The notes: generated by a model not told the origin, from the sequence alone. A DNA stretch of 64,000 bases from a bacterium (GCA_963674695.2 CAXXGI010000003.1:640001-704000); one strand, 5' to 3'. Shown: positions 29,343 to 40,980, numbered from the stretch's first letter. Numbers and translations: made by a program.

Positions 29343-29783
29343 ATGGACCACAAACAGACCACTTGGATTAATGCCGAAAACGCCGATCGCAGTTGGGTGC
29401 TCTTCGATGCAACCGACCGCATCGTTGGACGCGCCGCGACCCAAATCGCCGAGATCCTGCGCGGAAAGCACCGGCCGACCTACACGCCCAACGTCGACAA
29501 TGGCGACTTTGTCATCGTCATCAATGCGGCCAAGGTGCGGTTTACGGGAAAGAAGCTCAAGGGGAAGCACTACTATCATCATACGGGCTTCCCGGGCGGC
29601 ATCAAGGACATCACGGCTGAGAAGCAGCTCGAAAAGCATCCCGATCGCATCCTGCGCGATGCCGTCTGGGGCATGCTTCCGAAGAACCGTCTTTCGCGTC
29701 AATTGTTGACCAAACTCAAAATCTACCCCGGTGCTGAGCATCCGCATGCTGCTCAGAAGCCGGTGGCCCTGAACGTTGGATAA
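29343..29783 (+). CDS. rplM: 50S ribosomal protein L13
   Basis: LRGKHRPTYTPNVDNGDFVIVINA, HTGFPGG, GMLPKN, HPHAAQKP. Confidence 0.98.
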   Translation: MDHKQTTWINAENADRSWVLFDATDRIVGRAATQIAEILRGKHRPTYTPNVDNGDFVIVINAAKVRFTGKKLKGKHYYHHTGFPGGIKDITAEKQLEKHPDRILRDAVWGMLPKNRLSRQLLTKLKIYPGAEHPHAAQKPVALNVG

Positions 29784-29787
29784 TCCT

Positions 29788-30228
29788 ATGACCGAGACCA
29801 CAACCACAACTGAAACCACGGCACCGGCACGCGAAAAGAAGCGGACCGAGTTCAACTCGACGGGCAAGCGCAAGACCTCCATCGCCCGCATTCGGTTGCG
29901 CCCCGGTGAAGGCGCGATCACGGTGAACGGCAAGGTGGCAAAGGAATATTTTGCGCGCCCCACGCTCGACATGCGCGTGAATCAGCCCTTCTCCGTTACG
30001 GGAACGGCCGGAAAATTCGACGTCTTCGCGAATGTCATCGGCGGTGGATGCTCCAGCCAGGCCGGCGCTGTTCGTCACGGCATTGCCCGCGCACTCATCC
30101 GGATGAATCCTGATCTGCGCAAGCCGCTCAAGACCGAGGGGCTCCTCACGCGTGACGCCCGCGAGAAGGAACGCCGCAAGGTCGGTTGCCGAAAAGCGCG
30201 TCGTCGTCCGCAGTACTCGAAGCGCTGA
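29788..30228 (+). CDS. rpsI: 30S ribosomal protein S9
   Basis: TGKRKTSIAR, GGGCSSQAGAVRHGIARAL, LLTRDAREKERRK, QYSKR. Confidence 0.98.
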   Translation: MTETTTTTETTAPAREKKRTEFNSTGKRKTSIARIRLRPGEGAITVNGKVAKEYFARPTLDMRVNQPFSVTGTAGKFDVFANVIGGGCSSQAGAVRHGIARALIRMNPDLRKPLKTEGLLTRDAREKERRKVGCRKARRRPQYSKR

Positions 30229-30252
30229 TTTGGCGATGGGATAAAAGATATC

Positions 30253-30290
30253 AAAAACGGGAAGCCGTCAGGTTTCCCGTTTTTCTTTTT
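30253..30290 (+). terminator. Intrinsic terminator after rpsI
   Basis: AAAAACGGGAA-gccgtcaggt-TTCCCGTTTTT followed by a further T run. Confidence 0.8.
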
Positions 30291-30374
30291 CGACGCCTCT
30301 CATTTCCGATCGAGTTTTCCACAGGCAGCCAATGGGCATGTGCACTCCATTTGCATAAAAAATACCTCGGCTCC

Positions 30375-32115
<1,741 letters not shown>

Positions 32116-32153
32116 TCCCCTTTTCCGGTGGGCATCTCCCCGCTTCCCGGCAA

Positions 32154-32182
32154 TTGACTTTTGCCCATTCGAGCCGTATCAT
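32154..32182 (+). promoter_or_regulatory. Sigma-70 promoter of rpoN
   Basis: TTGACT-N17-TATCAT. Confidence 0.55.
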
Positions 32183-32273
32183 GAATGCACATAAGGAAGC
32201 GATGTTGGCGCTCGAAACACGTTGAAATTCTATAACTGACTTTCACTCCGTTTCGCGGACATCGACAGAATTT

Positions 32274-33755
32274 ATGGCGCTTGAACTGAAGCAGAGTCTC
32301 AGACTCTCCCAACAGCTGGTCGTAACTCCTCAGCTCCAACAGGCCATCAAGTTGCTGCAGCTCTCTCAATTGGAGCTGGCCACCCTCATCCAAAAAGAGC
32401 TCACAGAAAACCCGGTGCTCGAGGACGGTGAAAACCAGGGCGATGAAGGCGGCGCTGATGAGCGCGAGGGTTCCAGCGCGGAAAAGAGCGAAAAACAGAA
32501 GGAGGATGAGCGCAGCAGCGAACCGGTCATCAGCGAAGTAGGCAACTCCGACGGCGAGCTCAAAGAGCCGGAGAATTTTGACTGGGAAAACTACATGGGC
32601 ATCTATAACGCGCCCGGCTATTCCTCCGAGCGCGACACGGCCCTCGATGAGAACCCCACCTACGATAACGTCATGCGCCAGGGGGAATCGCTGCACGATC
32701 ACCTGCTCTGGCAGCTCCATCTGGCGAACCTCTCGCTGCAGGAACTCCGCATCGGAACCGAGATCATCGGCAACATCAACGACGACGGATATTTGCAGTC
32801 CAGCGTCGAGGAGATAGCGCAGAAGACCGATTCCACTCCGGAACAGGCCGAGGCGGTGCTCGCCCTCATGCAGGAATATGACCCGATCGGTGTGGCCTCT
32901 CGCGATATGCAGGAATGTCTCCTTCTGCAGGCCAAGCGCATCGGACACGACGTCGATCTGCTCTCCGTCATCATTCGAGAACACCTCTCCGACCTCGAGC
33001 GTCACAACTACGCTCCTATCGGCAAGAAGCTCGGGATCGAAATGGAAAAGGTCCGCGCGCTTGCGGACACCATCCGCGAGATGGAACCGAAGCCGGGTCG
33101 CCCGTTCAACCAGGACACGCCCCACTACATCACCCCGGATGTCTTCGTGCAGAAGGTCGGCCAGGAGTATGTCGTCACGATCAATGAAGACGGCATGCCG
33201 AAGTTGCGCATCAGCAACTTCTATCGGCGCGCGCTCATGCGTGGTTCACACGTGGCCGATCAGACGAAGGAATATATCCAGGAGCGATTGCGCGCGGCGA
33301 TGTGGCTGATCAAAAGCATCCACCAACGTCAGCGCACCCTCTACCGCGTTTCGCAGAGCATCGTAAAATTTCAGGGTGATTTTTTCGACAAGGGCATCGC
33401 CCACCTCAAGCCCCTCGTGCTCAAGGATGTTGCCGAAGATATCGAAATGCATGAATCGACTATCAGCCGCGTGACAACCAACAAATTTATGCACACGCCG
33501 CGCGGAATCTTTGAGTTGAAATTTTTCTTCAACAGCGGCGTCCATCGTCTCGAAGGAGGCGGCGTTGCCTCCGAAGCGGTCAAGTTGATCGTCAAAAAAC
33601 TCATCGAGTCGGAGGATACGCACAAGCCGCTCTCGGATCAGGAAATCGCCAACCAGCTTCGCGACCACAATGTGGACATCGCGCGCAGAACGGTGGCCAA
33701 ATACCGTGAAGCGCTCGGCATCCTTCCCTCTTCGCGGCGCCGGCGCATGGACTAG
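32274..33755 (+). CDS. rpoN: RNA polymerase sigma-54 factor
   Basis: TPQLQQAIKLLQLS, HESTISR, RpoN box ARRTVAKYRE. Confidence 0.98.
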   Translation: MALELKQSLRLSQQLVVTPQLQQAIKLLQLSQLELATLIQKELTENPVLEDGENQGDEGGADEREGSSAEKSEKQKEDERSSEPVISEVGNSDGELKEPENFDWENYMGIYNAPGYSSERDTALDENPTYDNVMRQGESLHDHLLWQLHLANLSLQELRIGTEIIGNINDDGYLQSSVEEIAQKTDSTPEQAEAVLALMQEYDPIGVASRDMQECLLLQAKRIGHDVDLLSVIIREHLSDLERHNYAPIGKKLGIEMEKVRALADTIREMEPKPGRPFNQDTPHYITPDVFVQKVGQEYVVTINEDGMPKLRISNFYRRALMRGSHVADQTKEYIQERLRAAMWLIKSIHQRQRTLYRVSQSIVKFQGDFFDKGIAHLKPLVLKDVAEDIEMHESTISRVTTNKFMHTPRGIFELKFFFNSGVHRLEGGGVASEAVKLIVKKLIESEDTHKPLSDQEIANQLRDHNVDIARRTVAKYREALGILPSSRRRRMD

Positions 33756-33785
33756 ACCTCTTTTAACAGGAAGGATATATACCCA

Positions 33786-34094
33786 ATGACAAGCCCACTC
33801 GAAACCACATTTACGTTTCGCAACATCGAGTCGACGGATGCCCTTCGAATGCATGCGCTCGAAAAACTCGAACGCCTGCACAAGTATCTCGTCAAGCCCG
33901 CCTCCGCGCACATCATCTTCAAGGTGGAGGGGCCTCGCCACGAAGCCGAGATCACCCTCCAGCATAGCGGCGCCAGGCTCGTGGGTCACGACACGAGCAC
34001 GGACATGTATGCCTCCTTCGACGGCGCTATCGACAAGCTGAAAAAGCAGCTCTCCCGCGAAAAAGAGCGCATGAAGGGCCATAAAGGGGAATAG
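33786..34094 (+). CDS. hpf: Ribosome hibernation promoting factor (short HPF/RaiA)
   Basis: TFRNIESTDALR..KLERL, DMYASFD.AIDKL.KQL; follows rpoN. Confidence 0.92.
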   Translation: MTSPLETTFTFRNIESTDALRMHALEKLERLHKYLVKPASAHIIFKVEGPRHEAEITLQHSGARLVGHDTSTDMYASFDGAIDKLKKQLSREKERMKGHKGE

Positions 34095-34219
34095 TTTCAC
34101 GCCTTTTCCCCCTTGCCTTCTGCACCCTTCTGCGATAAATGCGCGCATCAGCCCGCATGGGCGCACGCGCGTATCGATGGTGCTTTACGCCCCGCGCGCA
34201 CTTCAAAAGGAATACTATT

Positions 34220-34678
34220 ATGCATCTGACCGATGTTCTCCGGTCGGACATGGTCTGGCCCACACTCGAAGCCCAGAGCAAACCCGATGTCATTCGGGAG
34301 CTGGCGCAACACATCGCCGCGATGGAACCGCTCGACGCCGCGCGCGTCGCAGAGATTCTGATGGAACGCGAGCGCCTGGGGAGCACCGGCATCCAGGACG
34401 GCATCGCCATTCCGCACGGAAAGGTTCCCGGTCTGGATCACATCGTGATCGCCTGCGGGCGATCGCCCTCCGGAATCAACTTTGATGCCCACGATGGCAA
34501 GCCGACCCATCTCTTCTTCGTCCTGCTCGCTCCGGAAAATGCGACCGGTCAGCACCTCAAGGTTCTGGCGCGACTCTCCCGCCTGCTCAAGGATGCACAT
34601 GTGCGTGAGGGCCTGCTCGAAGCACCATCCGGCGGAGCGATGTTTGAGACGCTTGCAACGGAGGACCAGAAGATCTGA
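34220..34678 (+). CDS. ptsN: PTS EIIA (Ntr/fructose type)
   Basis: ERERLGSTGIQDGIAIPHGK, FDAHDGKP, HLKVLARLSRLL. Confidence 0.9.
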   Translation: MHLTDVLRSDMVWPTLEAQSKPDVIRELAQHIAAMEPLDAARVAEILMERERLGSTGIQDGIAIPHGKVPGLDHIVIACGRSPSGINFDAHDGKPTHLFFVLLAPENATGQHLKVLARLSRLLKDAHVREGLLEAPSGGAMFETLATEDQKI

Positions 34679-35643
34679 TGCTCAACATCCCCGTCATTAA
34701 ATTGCTCAAGGATACGAAGCATCGCCTTCACCTCGAACTGGCTTCCGGCGAGGCCGGTTTGGGAAAGAAGATCACGATCCCCCGCATTCAGAAACCGGGG
34801 CTCGCCCTCACAGGAGATATTTCGAATCTCCATCCGGGCCGCATCCAGATCCTCGGCCGCGCCGAAACCCGTTTCATCACCTCACTTGATCCAAAGCAAC
34901 GTCGCATCATCATCGAAAAGCTCGCCACCGTCGACATCGCCTGTTTTATCCTGACACGCGGAGCACCGTCTCCGGAACCGCTCGAAGAGGTCTGTGAGGA
35001 AACGGGCATCCCGTTGATGCGCACGAAACTCCTCACCTCGACGTTCGTCAATCGCGCAACGCGATTTCTCGAGGAATCGCTTTCCGCATCGACCTGCATG
35101 CACGGCGTGCTGCTCGACATCTTCGGCATCGGGTTTCTTATCATCGGCAAGAGCGGCATCGGCAAGAGCGAATGCGCCCTCGATCTTGTTCTGCGCGGCC
35201 ACCGCTTGGTCGCTGACGACATCGTCAACATCCGAAAAGCTCCGCCCTCCACCCTCTACGGCACGGGCTCGGAGATCATCAAACACCATATGGAAATTCG
35301 TGGTCTCGGCATCATCAACATCCGAGACCTCTTCGGTATCTCTGCGGTACGCGATCGAAAGGTGACCGAAATTGTCGTGGAACTGCTGGACTGGGATCCC
35401 GAAGCCGAATACGACCGGCTCGGCATCGACGAGCAATACTACGAGATTCTGGATGTGAAGGTCCCGTTCATCCAGATCCCCGTCCGACCTGGGCGAAACA
35501 TCTCCGCCATCATCGAAGTTGCGGCGCGAAACCATCTGATCAAGCTCGGCGGCCATCATTCGGCACGCGAATTTCAGGAAAAACTCAACGAAGCCATCAT
35601 CTCCCACGAATTTCAGAAGGATATGTGGGGACGGCTCGAATAA
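34678..35643 (+). CDS. hprK: HPr kinase/phosphorylase
   Basis: KPGLALTG, HGVLLD, GKSGIGKSECALDL, LVADD, EIRGLGIIN, PVRPGRN. Confidence 0.96.
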   Translation: MLNIPVIKLLKDTKHRLHLELASGEAGLGKKITIPRIQKPGLALTGDISNLHPGRIQILGRAETRFITSLDPKQRRIIIEKLATVDIACFILTRGAPSPEPLEEVCEETGIPLMRTKLLTSTFVNRATRFLEESLSASTCMHGVLLDIFGIGFLIIGKSGIGKSECALDLVLRGHRLVADDIVNIRKAPPSTLYGTGSEIIKHHMEIRGLGIINIRDLFGISAVRDRKVTEIVVELLDWDPEAEYDRLGIDEQYYEILDVKVPFIQIPVRPGRNISAIIEVAARNHLIKLGGHHSAREFQEKLNEAIISHEFQKDMWGRLE

Positions 35644-36065
35644 TGGTGAATACTCCTATGATCGGCATCATCGTCGTGACACATGGTAATATCGGCTGCG
35701 ATATGGTCAGCGCAGTCAAAAACATCATTCCCGAGGCCACGCACCTGACAGGCGTTGCGGTGGAATCGAACGATCCTCCAGAATCGATTCGCAGTGAAAT
35801 CGCAAATGCCATTCGTCGCGTCGATGCAGACGGCGGCATTCTGATCCTGACCGACATGTTTGGCGGAACGCCATCCAACATCTGCCTCTCCTTCTTACAG
35901 CCTTCGCGCATCGAGGTCGTCTCCGGCATCAACCTACCGATGCTGGTGAAGCTGGCGAACCTCAAGGAGGATGCTGATTTTGACAACACCGTCCGGTTCA
36001 TTCAACAGTACGGGCAACGCAATATCGTCATCGCCAGCCATATTCTATCAGGGCAAGCGCGATGA
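35643..36065 (+). CDS. PTS EIIA, mannose/fructose-type single domain
   Basis: IGIIVVTHG, ILTDMFGGTPSN, GINLPML; start may be 35658. Confidence 0.9.
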   Translation: MVNTPMIGIIVVTHGNIGCDMVSAVKNIIPEATHLTGVAVESNDPPESIRSEIANAIRRVDADGGILILTDMFGGTPSNICLSFLQPSRIEVVSGINLPMLVKLANLKEDADFDNTVRFIQQYGQRNIVIASHILSGQAR

Positions 36066-36099
36066 TGATTCGTTCACCAAAAACGATGGAGCCGATCAG

Positions 36100-36363
36100 A
36101 TGACACAATCCTTCACGATCCAGAATAAACTTGGACTTCATGCCCGCGCAGCGGCAGCGTTTGTAAAAATCGCCAACCGCTATCAGTCTGAAATAACCGT
36201 CCAGAAGGACGATGTGTCCGTGAATGGAAAGAGCATCATGGGGGTGCTCATGCTTGCCGCAGCTATGGGTAGCAATATTGAGGTCTCCGCCGATGGCGAA
36301 GACGCGGGTGATGCTCTGACCGCCCTGGGCAAGCTGATCGATGAAAAATTCGGAGAAGAGTAA
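36100..36363 (+). CDS. ptsH: Phosphocarrier protein HPr
   Basis: NKLGLHARAA (His15) and NGKSIMGV (Ser46). Confidence 0.95.
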   Translation: MTQSFTIQNKLGLHARAAAAFVKIANRYQSEITVQKDDVSVNGKSIMGVLMLAAAMGSNIEVSADGEDAGDALTALGKLIDEKFGEE

Positions 36364-36403
36364 GAAAACGTATCGGGGCATATGTTTCCGATTGCCCTGA
36401 TGT

Positions 36404-36488
36404 TGTCATTCCGAGCGAAGTCGAGGAATCTCTCGTATGAGGAAGATTCCTCCACGCGCTCATGCTTATTCGCTTGGTCGGAATGACA
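36404..36488. repeat. Palindromic element (family B)
   Basis: TGTCATTCCGAGCGAAGTCGAGGAATCT...AGATTCCTC...GGTCGGAATGACA. Confidence 0.75.
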
Positions 36489-36509
36489 ACACCACGGGAC
36501 CACGACTTT

Positions 36510-38303
36510 ATGAAGACACGCCGCTTCCGATCAACCGCCACCTCGCCGGGCATCGCCATTGGCAAGATCTATCGCCTGCACAATCGGGGTGCGGCCTTCA
36601 TGCGCACCTGGATCCGCGAGCAGGACGTCGACGGGGAGATCCTGCGTTTCCGCACCGCCATTCAGAAATCCAAGGAACAGCTCAGCCATATCCAAGCAAA
36701 GATGTGCCGTTTTCAGGGGGATGACCAGATCAAGATCCTGGAATCGCACCGCATGTTCCTCCAGGACGATATGTTCGTGGCCGCCACCATCACGCACGTC
36801 AGCGAATCCATGATCAACGCAGAATGGGCGTTGGACAAAACACTGGCGCACTTGAAGCTCTCGTTCCTCAATGTCGACGAGGAATATTTTCGCGAACGGC
36901 TTCAGGATATCGATTACGTGGGCCGTCGCGTCATGAATAACCTCATGGGAAGTCCCGAAATGCCGCTCTCCGAACTTCCCGCTGGTGAAATCATCCTCGT
37001 GGCTCATGACATTTCGCCCTGTGAGGTCGCGGGTATTCCTCGCGACCGCGTGCGTGGATTTGTGATGGAAGGTGGAGGCGAAACATCTCATAGCGCCATC
37101 ATCTCACGTGCGCTCGAGATCCCTGCCCTCTTCGGTCTCAAGGGAATCGTCGAGCAAGTGTCCGATGATGAGATCGCCGTCGTCGATGGCATGAAGGGAC
37201 TGCTCATCGCATCGCCACACAAGCGGGAACTGGAGCAATACCGAACGGTGCAGGAGAAATACGTCGCCCTCGAACGAATCCTCCTCCAGGACATCGACCT
37301 TCCGGCCGAAACCAAGGACGGCCACCGCATTCGCATCGATGCCAACATGGAGCTGGTCGAAGAACTCCCCAGTATCGACGAACACGGCGCGGAAGGAGTT
37401 GGTCTCTATCGCACCGAATACCTCTTCCTCAATCGCCTCGACGAACCCTCCGAGGAAGAACAACTCGCCAACTATATCGAGGTCCTCACCGCACTCGACC
37501 CACGACCGGTAACGATTCGCACCATCGATCTGGGCGGCGACAAGATCTCTCCCTCGCACAGCTACGAATCGCAGACCAACCCAGCATTAGGACTGCGCGC
37601 GATCCGCCTCTGTCTGCGCGAACTGCCGATGTTCAAGGTGCAACTGCGCGCGCTGCTGCGCGCATCGATGCACGGAAATTTGCGCATCCTCCTGCCCATG
37701 ATCTCCAGCATGGAGGAACTCACCCGCGTCAAGCGCGTGATCAGCGACGTCAAACGCGAGCTCACCACGAAGAAGATCGCGTATAACCCCGACGTCCCCG
37801 TCGGCATCATGATCGAAGTTCCTGCCGCTGCGATCATGTCGCCGGAGCTCGCGCTGGAATGCGATTTTTTCTCCATCGGCACGAACGACCTGATCCAATA
37901 CAGCTTGGCCATCGACCGTGGCAACGAACTGGTCAGCGACCTGTACAATCCCTTTCACCCTGCCGTGCTGCGCATGATCCGCATGACCGTCGATGCGGCC
38001 AAGAAGGCCAAGATCCCTGTAGCCGTCTGTGGCGAGCTGGCCGGAGAGCCGCTGGCGGTGACGCTCATGGTCGCCATGGGACTCGATTCGATCTCGATGA
38101 ACCCGATCTCCATCCCACGCATCAAGAAGCTGCTGCGCGCGATCACTCAGAGGCAGTCCAAAACACTGCTCCGGGACGTCCTCAAGCTCAAGACCGCGGG
38201 CGAGGTCGAAAATCTGCTGCGCAAGCGCACCAGCCATCTCCTCCCCGGAGAGGTGCGCCAGCTCGATATCCTGGGCGGTCAGGAGGAGAAAGTGAATGTC
38301 TAG
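36510..38303 (+). CDS. ptsI: PEP-protein phosphotransferase (enzyme I)
   Basis: SPGIAIG, GGETSHSAII, GVGLYRTE, RTIDLGGDK, NPALGLRAIR, FFSIGTNDLIQY, VCGELAG. Confidence 0.96.
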   Translation: MKTRRFRSTATSPGIAIGKIYRLHNRGAAFMRTWIREQDVDGEILRFRTAIQKSKEQLSHIQAKMCRFQGDDQIKILESHRMFLQDDMFVAATITHVSESMINAEWALDKTLAHLKLSFLNVDEEYFRERLQDIDYVGRRVMNNLMGSPEMPLSELPAGEIILVAHDISPCEVAGIPRDRVRGFVMEGGGETSHSAIISRALEIPALFGLKGIVEQVSDDEIAVVDGMKGLLIASPHKRELEQYRTVQEKYVALERILLQDIDLPAETKDGHRIRIDANMELVEELPSIDEHGAEGVGLYRTEYLFLNRLDEPSEEEQLANYIEVLTALDPRPVTIRTIDLGGDKISPSHSYESQTNPALGLRAIRLCLRELPMFKVQLRALLRASMHGNLRILLPMISSMEELTRVKRVISDVKRELTTKKIAYNPDVPVGIMIEVPAAAIMSPELALECDFFSIGTNDLIQYSLAIDRGNELVSDLYNPFHPAVLRMIRMTVDAAKKAKIPVAVCGELAGEPLAVTLMVAMGLDSISMNPISIPRIKKLLRAITQRQSKTLLRDVLKLKTAGEVENLLRKRTSHLLPGEVRQLDILGGQEEKVNV

Positions 38304-38335
38304 CGGCATTTTGGCGTTTTTGTAAAACCGAAATA

Positions 38336-38406
38336 TGTCATTCCCGCGAAAGCGGGAATCTCGCTTTTTACGGTACATCGAGATCCCCGCGTTCGCGGGG
38401 ATGACA
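38336..38406. repeat. REP doublet (family A) lying between 16-bp direct repeats
   Basis: TGTCATTCCCGCGAAAGCGGGAATCTCG...CGAGATCCCCGCGTTCGCGGGGATGACA; GTCTAGCGGCATTTTG at 38298 and 38435. Confidence 0.85.
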
Positions 38407-38505
38407 AAAACAGGGGTTTGCCAGCAATCTGGACGTCTAGCGGCATTTTGACGGTTCTAAACACTCAAAACCACTGAAATGAAAGACTATTTCCACAACT
38501 CTGGC

Positions 38506-38535
38506 TTGACAGGCCGCATCTCGCGAGCATATAGT
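38506..38535 (+). promoter_or_regulatory. Sigma-70 promoter of metK
   Basis: TTGACA-N18-TATAGT. Confidence 0.65.
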
Positions 38536-38574
38536 GCCGCGCTCAATCGCATTTTCAACCGAAAGGAAACAATC

Positions 38575-39744
38575 ATGTCCCCAAAAAACTATCTCTTCAC
38601 CTCTGAATCGGTCACCGAGGGCCATCCCGACAAGGTCGCCGATCAGATCTCCGACGCCGTTCTCGACGCCATCATGGCACAGGACACGAGCTGCCGCGTC
38701 GCTTGCGAAACCCTGGTCACCACCGGACTCGTGCTCGTTGCGGGCGAGGTCACGACCGACGCCTACGTCCCCATCGCCGACATCGCACGCGAGACCGTCC
38801 GTAACATCGGCTACTGCCATCATTCCATGGGCTTCGACTGGGAGACCTGCAGCGTGCTCGTCTCGCTGGGCACCCAGTCACCTGACATCTCGCAGGGCGT
38901 GACCGAAGGTGAGGGCCTCTACAAGGAACAGGGCGCGGGCGACCAAGGCATCATGTTCGGTTTTGCCTGCAACGATACGGAAGAGATGATGCCGATGCCG
39001 ATCGTGCTCGCCCACCGGTTGACAAAGGGCTTGGCTGATTTCCGTAAATCCAATCAGGTGGACTACCTTCGCCCGGACGGAAAATCGCAGGTCACGGTTC
39101 GTTATGAAGACAATAAGCCCGTGCACATCGATACGGTCGTACTCTCCACCCAGCACGCACCTGAGGTCACACACGAAGAACTCGAGAAGACGCTCATCGA
39201 GCGGCTCATCAAACCAGCGCTTCCGGGAAATCTTTTGACCAATGAGACCCGTTTCCTGGTCAACCCGACCGGTCGTTTCGTCATGGGGGGCCCGCACGCT
39301 GACTGCGGACTCACCGGCCGGAAGATCATTGTCGATACCTACGGCGGCCAGGGCAGCCACGGCGGCGGCGCCTTCTCGGGCAAGGATCCGTCGAAGGTCG
39401 ATCGCAGCGCCTCCTACATGGCGCGCTACATCGCCAAGAACATCGTCGCAGCGGGTCTGGTCGATCGCTGTGAAGTCCAGCTGGCCTACGCCATCGGTTT
39501 TGCGGAGCCGGTCTCGATTCTCGTCAACGGCTTCGGCACCGCCAAGGTCGAACACGACAAGCTCCTGACGGCCGTCCGCGAGATCTTCCCGCTCAAGCCC
39601 GCCGCGATCATCAAGCACCTCGACCTGAAGCGCCCCATCTATCAGAAGACGGCCGCCTACGGCCACTTCGGCCGAAACGACCCGGACTTCACCTGGGAGC
39701 GCGCCGACAAGGTCGACGACCTGCGCCGGATGCTGAACCTGTAG
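38575..39744 (+). CDS. metK: S-adenosylmethionine synthetase
   Basis: [42 protein letters not shown]. Confidence 0.98.
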   Translation: MSPKNYLFTSESVTEGHPDKVADQISDAVLDAIMAQDTSCRVACETLVTTGLVLVAGEVTTDAYVPIADIARETVRNIGYCHHSMGFDWETCSVLVSLGTQSPDISQGVTEGEGLYKEQGAGDQGIMFGFACNDTEEMMPMPIVLAHRLTKGLADFRKSNQVDYLRPDGKSQVTVRYEDNKPVHIDTVVLSTQHAPEVTHEELEKTLIERLIKPALPGNLLTNETRFLVNPTGRFVMGGPHADCGLTGRKIIVDTYGGQGSHGGGAFSGKDPSKVDRSASYMARYIAKNIVAAGLVDRCEVQLAYAIGFAEPVSILVNGFGTAKVEHDKLLTAVREIFPLKPAAIIKHLDLKRPIYQKTAAYGHFGRNDPDFTWERADKVDDLRRMLNL

Positions 39745-39763
39745 AGAGTTTGCCATCAATCTC

Positions 39764-39798
39764 GGCCCACCCGTCAAAAGCGGGTGGGCCTTTTTTTT
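39764..39798 (+). terminator. Intrinsic terminator after metK
   Basis: GGCCCACCCG-tcaaaag-CGGGTGGGCC followed by T8. Confidence 0.88.
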
Positions 39799-39843
39799 CG
39801 TCGAACTGGACTTTTCCGTCCCGAATGATAGAAAATAGTCACG

Positions 39844-40479
39844 ATGGCCACGAAGATTACCCAGCGCAAAAAACCCCACTATGTCCTCATCATCGAGGAC
39901 AACACCCATCACGCGGAACTCATCACCGAGGTGCTCGATCGCCATTTTGCCCCGGTCATCATCCACACCGTGGATACCACCGAAGACGGCATCGATTTCC
40001 TTCAGCAATCCGCCTACGATCTCGTCGTCGCCGGCGGCATCGTGGGCGGAAATCCGATTACTTCATTCATAAAGGACCTGGTGCGCCTGGCAGGAAAAGC
40101 CCCTTTTATCGTCATCTCCGGACGTGGGGATGAACGTTTGGCCGCTGATATCATCAAGCGGGGAGCCACGGAATACCTGACCAAGACCCAGGAGACGCTT
40201 GAACACCTGGCGTCGATCTTTGAACGCCATATGCGCACCACCCGTGGGGGACGACGACACAAGGCGGGCACTCCAAAGGGGACGCAAACCGCCAAAGCCC
40301 CCTCTCCGAGCGAGTTGATCCAGGAGGTCGATCGCCTCACCCAGCAAGCGTTGGCGATTGCCGGTCCCCGGCGTCGCAAGGGCGGAGGAGCCCCCTCCGA
40401 CATCGATCAACTCGACCGCCTTCTCAGCCAGATTCAGCGTTTGCGCGATCTGGCCGCCAAGATGAAGATCAAGGAGTAG
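39844..40479 (+). CDS. Receiver-domain protein, probably a pseudo-receiver, with a C-terminal helical tail
   Basis: VLIIED, YDLVVAG (phosphoacceptor Asp apparently replaced), PFIVISG, GATEYLTK. Confidence 0.8.
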   Translation: MATKITQRKKPHYVLIIEDNTHHAELITEVLDRHFAPVIIHTVDTTEDGIDFLQQSAYDLVVAGGIVGGNPITSFIKDLVRLAGKAPFIVISGRGDERLAADIIKRGATEYLTKTQETLEHLASIFERHMRTTRGGRRHKAGTPKGTQTAKAPSPSELIQEVDRLTQQALAIAGPRRRKGGGAPSDIDQLDRLLSQIQRLRDLAAKMKIKE

Positions 40480-40616
40480 TATCGGGGCGTCAAACCCCCA
40501 TAAGCGCCCGACGACCCCCCAAACTCGTGTCCTCACCTCATCATCCCCTACCCGTCGGTTTCCTCGAATAGTCCGTTTTTTCAGCACAATAGCATTTCTA
40601 CCCTGCCCCTCTCTTC

Positions 40617-40632
40617 TGGCAAAGATCTTGCA
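40617..40632 (+). promoter_or_regulatory. Putative sigma-54 promoter
   Basis: TGGCAAAGATCTTGCA, GG-N10-GC, upstream of the small acidic ORF. Confidence 0.72.
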
Positions 40633-40683
40633 TTACTTCTCAGCGGAGCCCCCCTATGAGGGCCAAACCGAAGGAGGATGTTC

Positions 40684-40950
40684 ATGGCCGGCCAGCGCAT
40701 TGAACGCACCGAAGGCGATATTTTCAGCGTCATCCAGGAACTGGAACGACGCCGAGCCGATGAACAACAGCCCGCTCCAGAGGCATCTGAGGCACCGCAG
40801 GTCGAACCCGAGGTGCTGCTCAGCGAGCTGCGGGAGAAGAAGGCCCTACTGGATCACCTGGGGGGATATACCTCGGTCGAGGATATGCAGCAGAAGCTCA
40901 CCGATGCCATCGTCGATCTGGAGGAAATCATCGGCCTGACATCGGGTTAG
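40684..40950 (+). CDS. Small acidic coiled-coil hypothetical protein
   Basis: GGAGG RBS; host-like codon usage; helical, Glu-rich; start 40678 or 40684. Confidence 0.7.
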   Translation: MAGQRIERTEGDIFSVIQELERRRADEQQPAPEASEAPQVEPEVLLSELREKKALLDHLGGYTSVEDMQQKLTDAIVDLEEIIGLTSG

Positions 40951-40980
40951 GGGAAACCGGTTCCCTGGAACCATAAAGGA

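Noticed and set aside
38440-38574. SAM riboswitch upstream of metK
   Set aside because: The predicted promoter leaves only about 35 nt of leader and no SAM-I/II consensus is visible.
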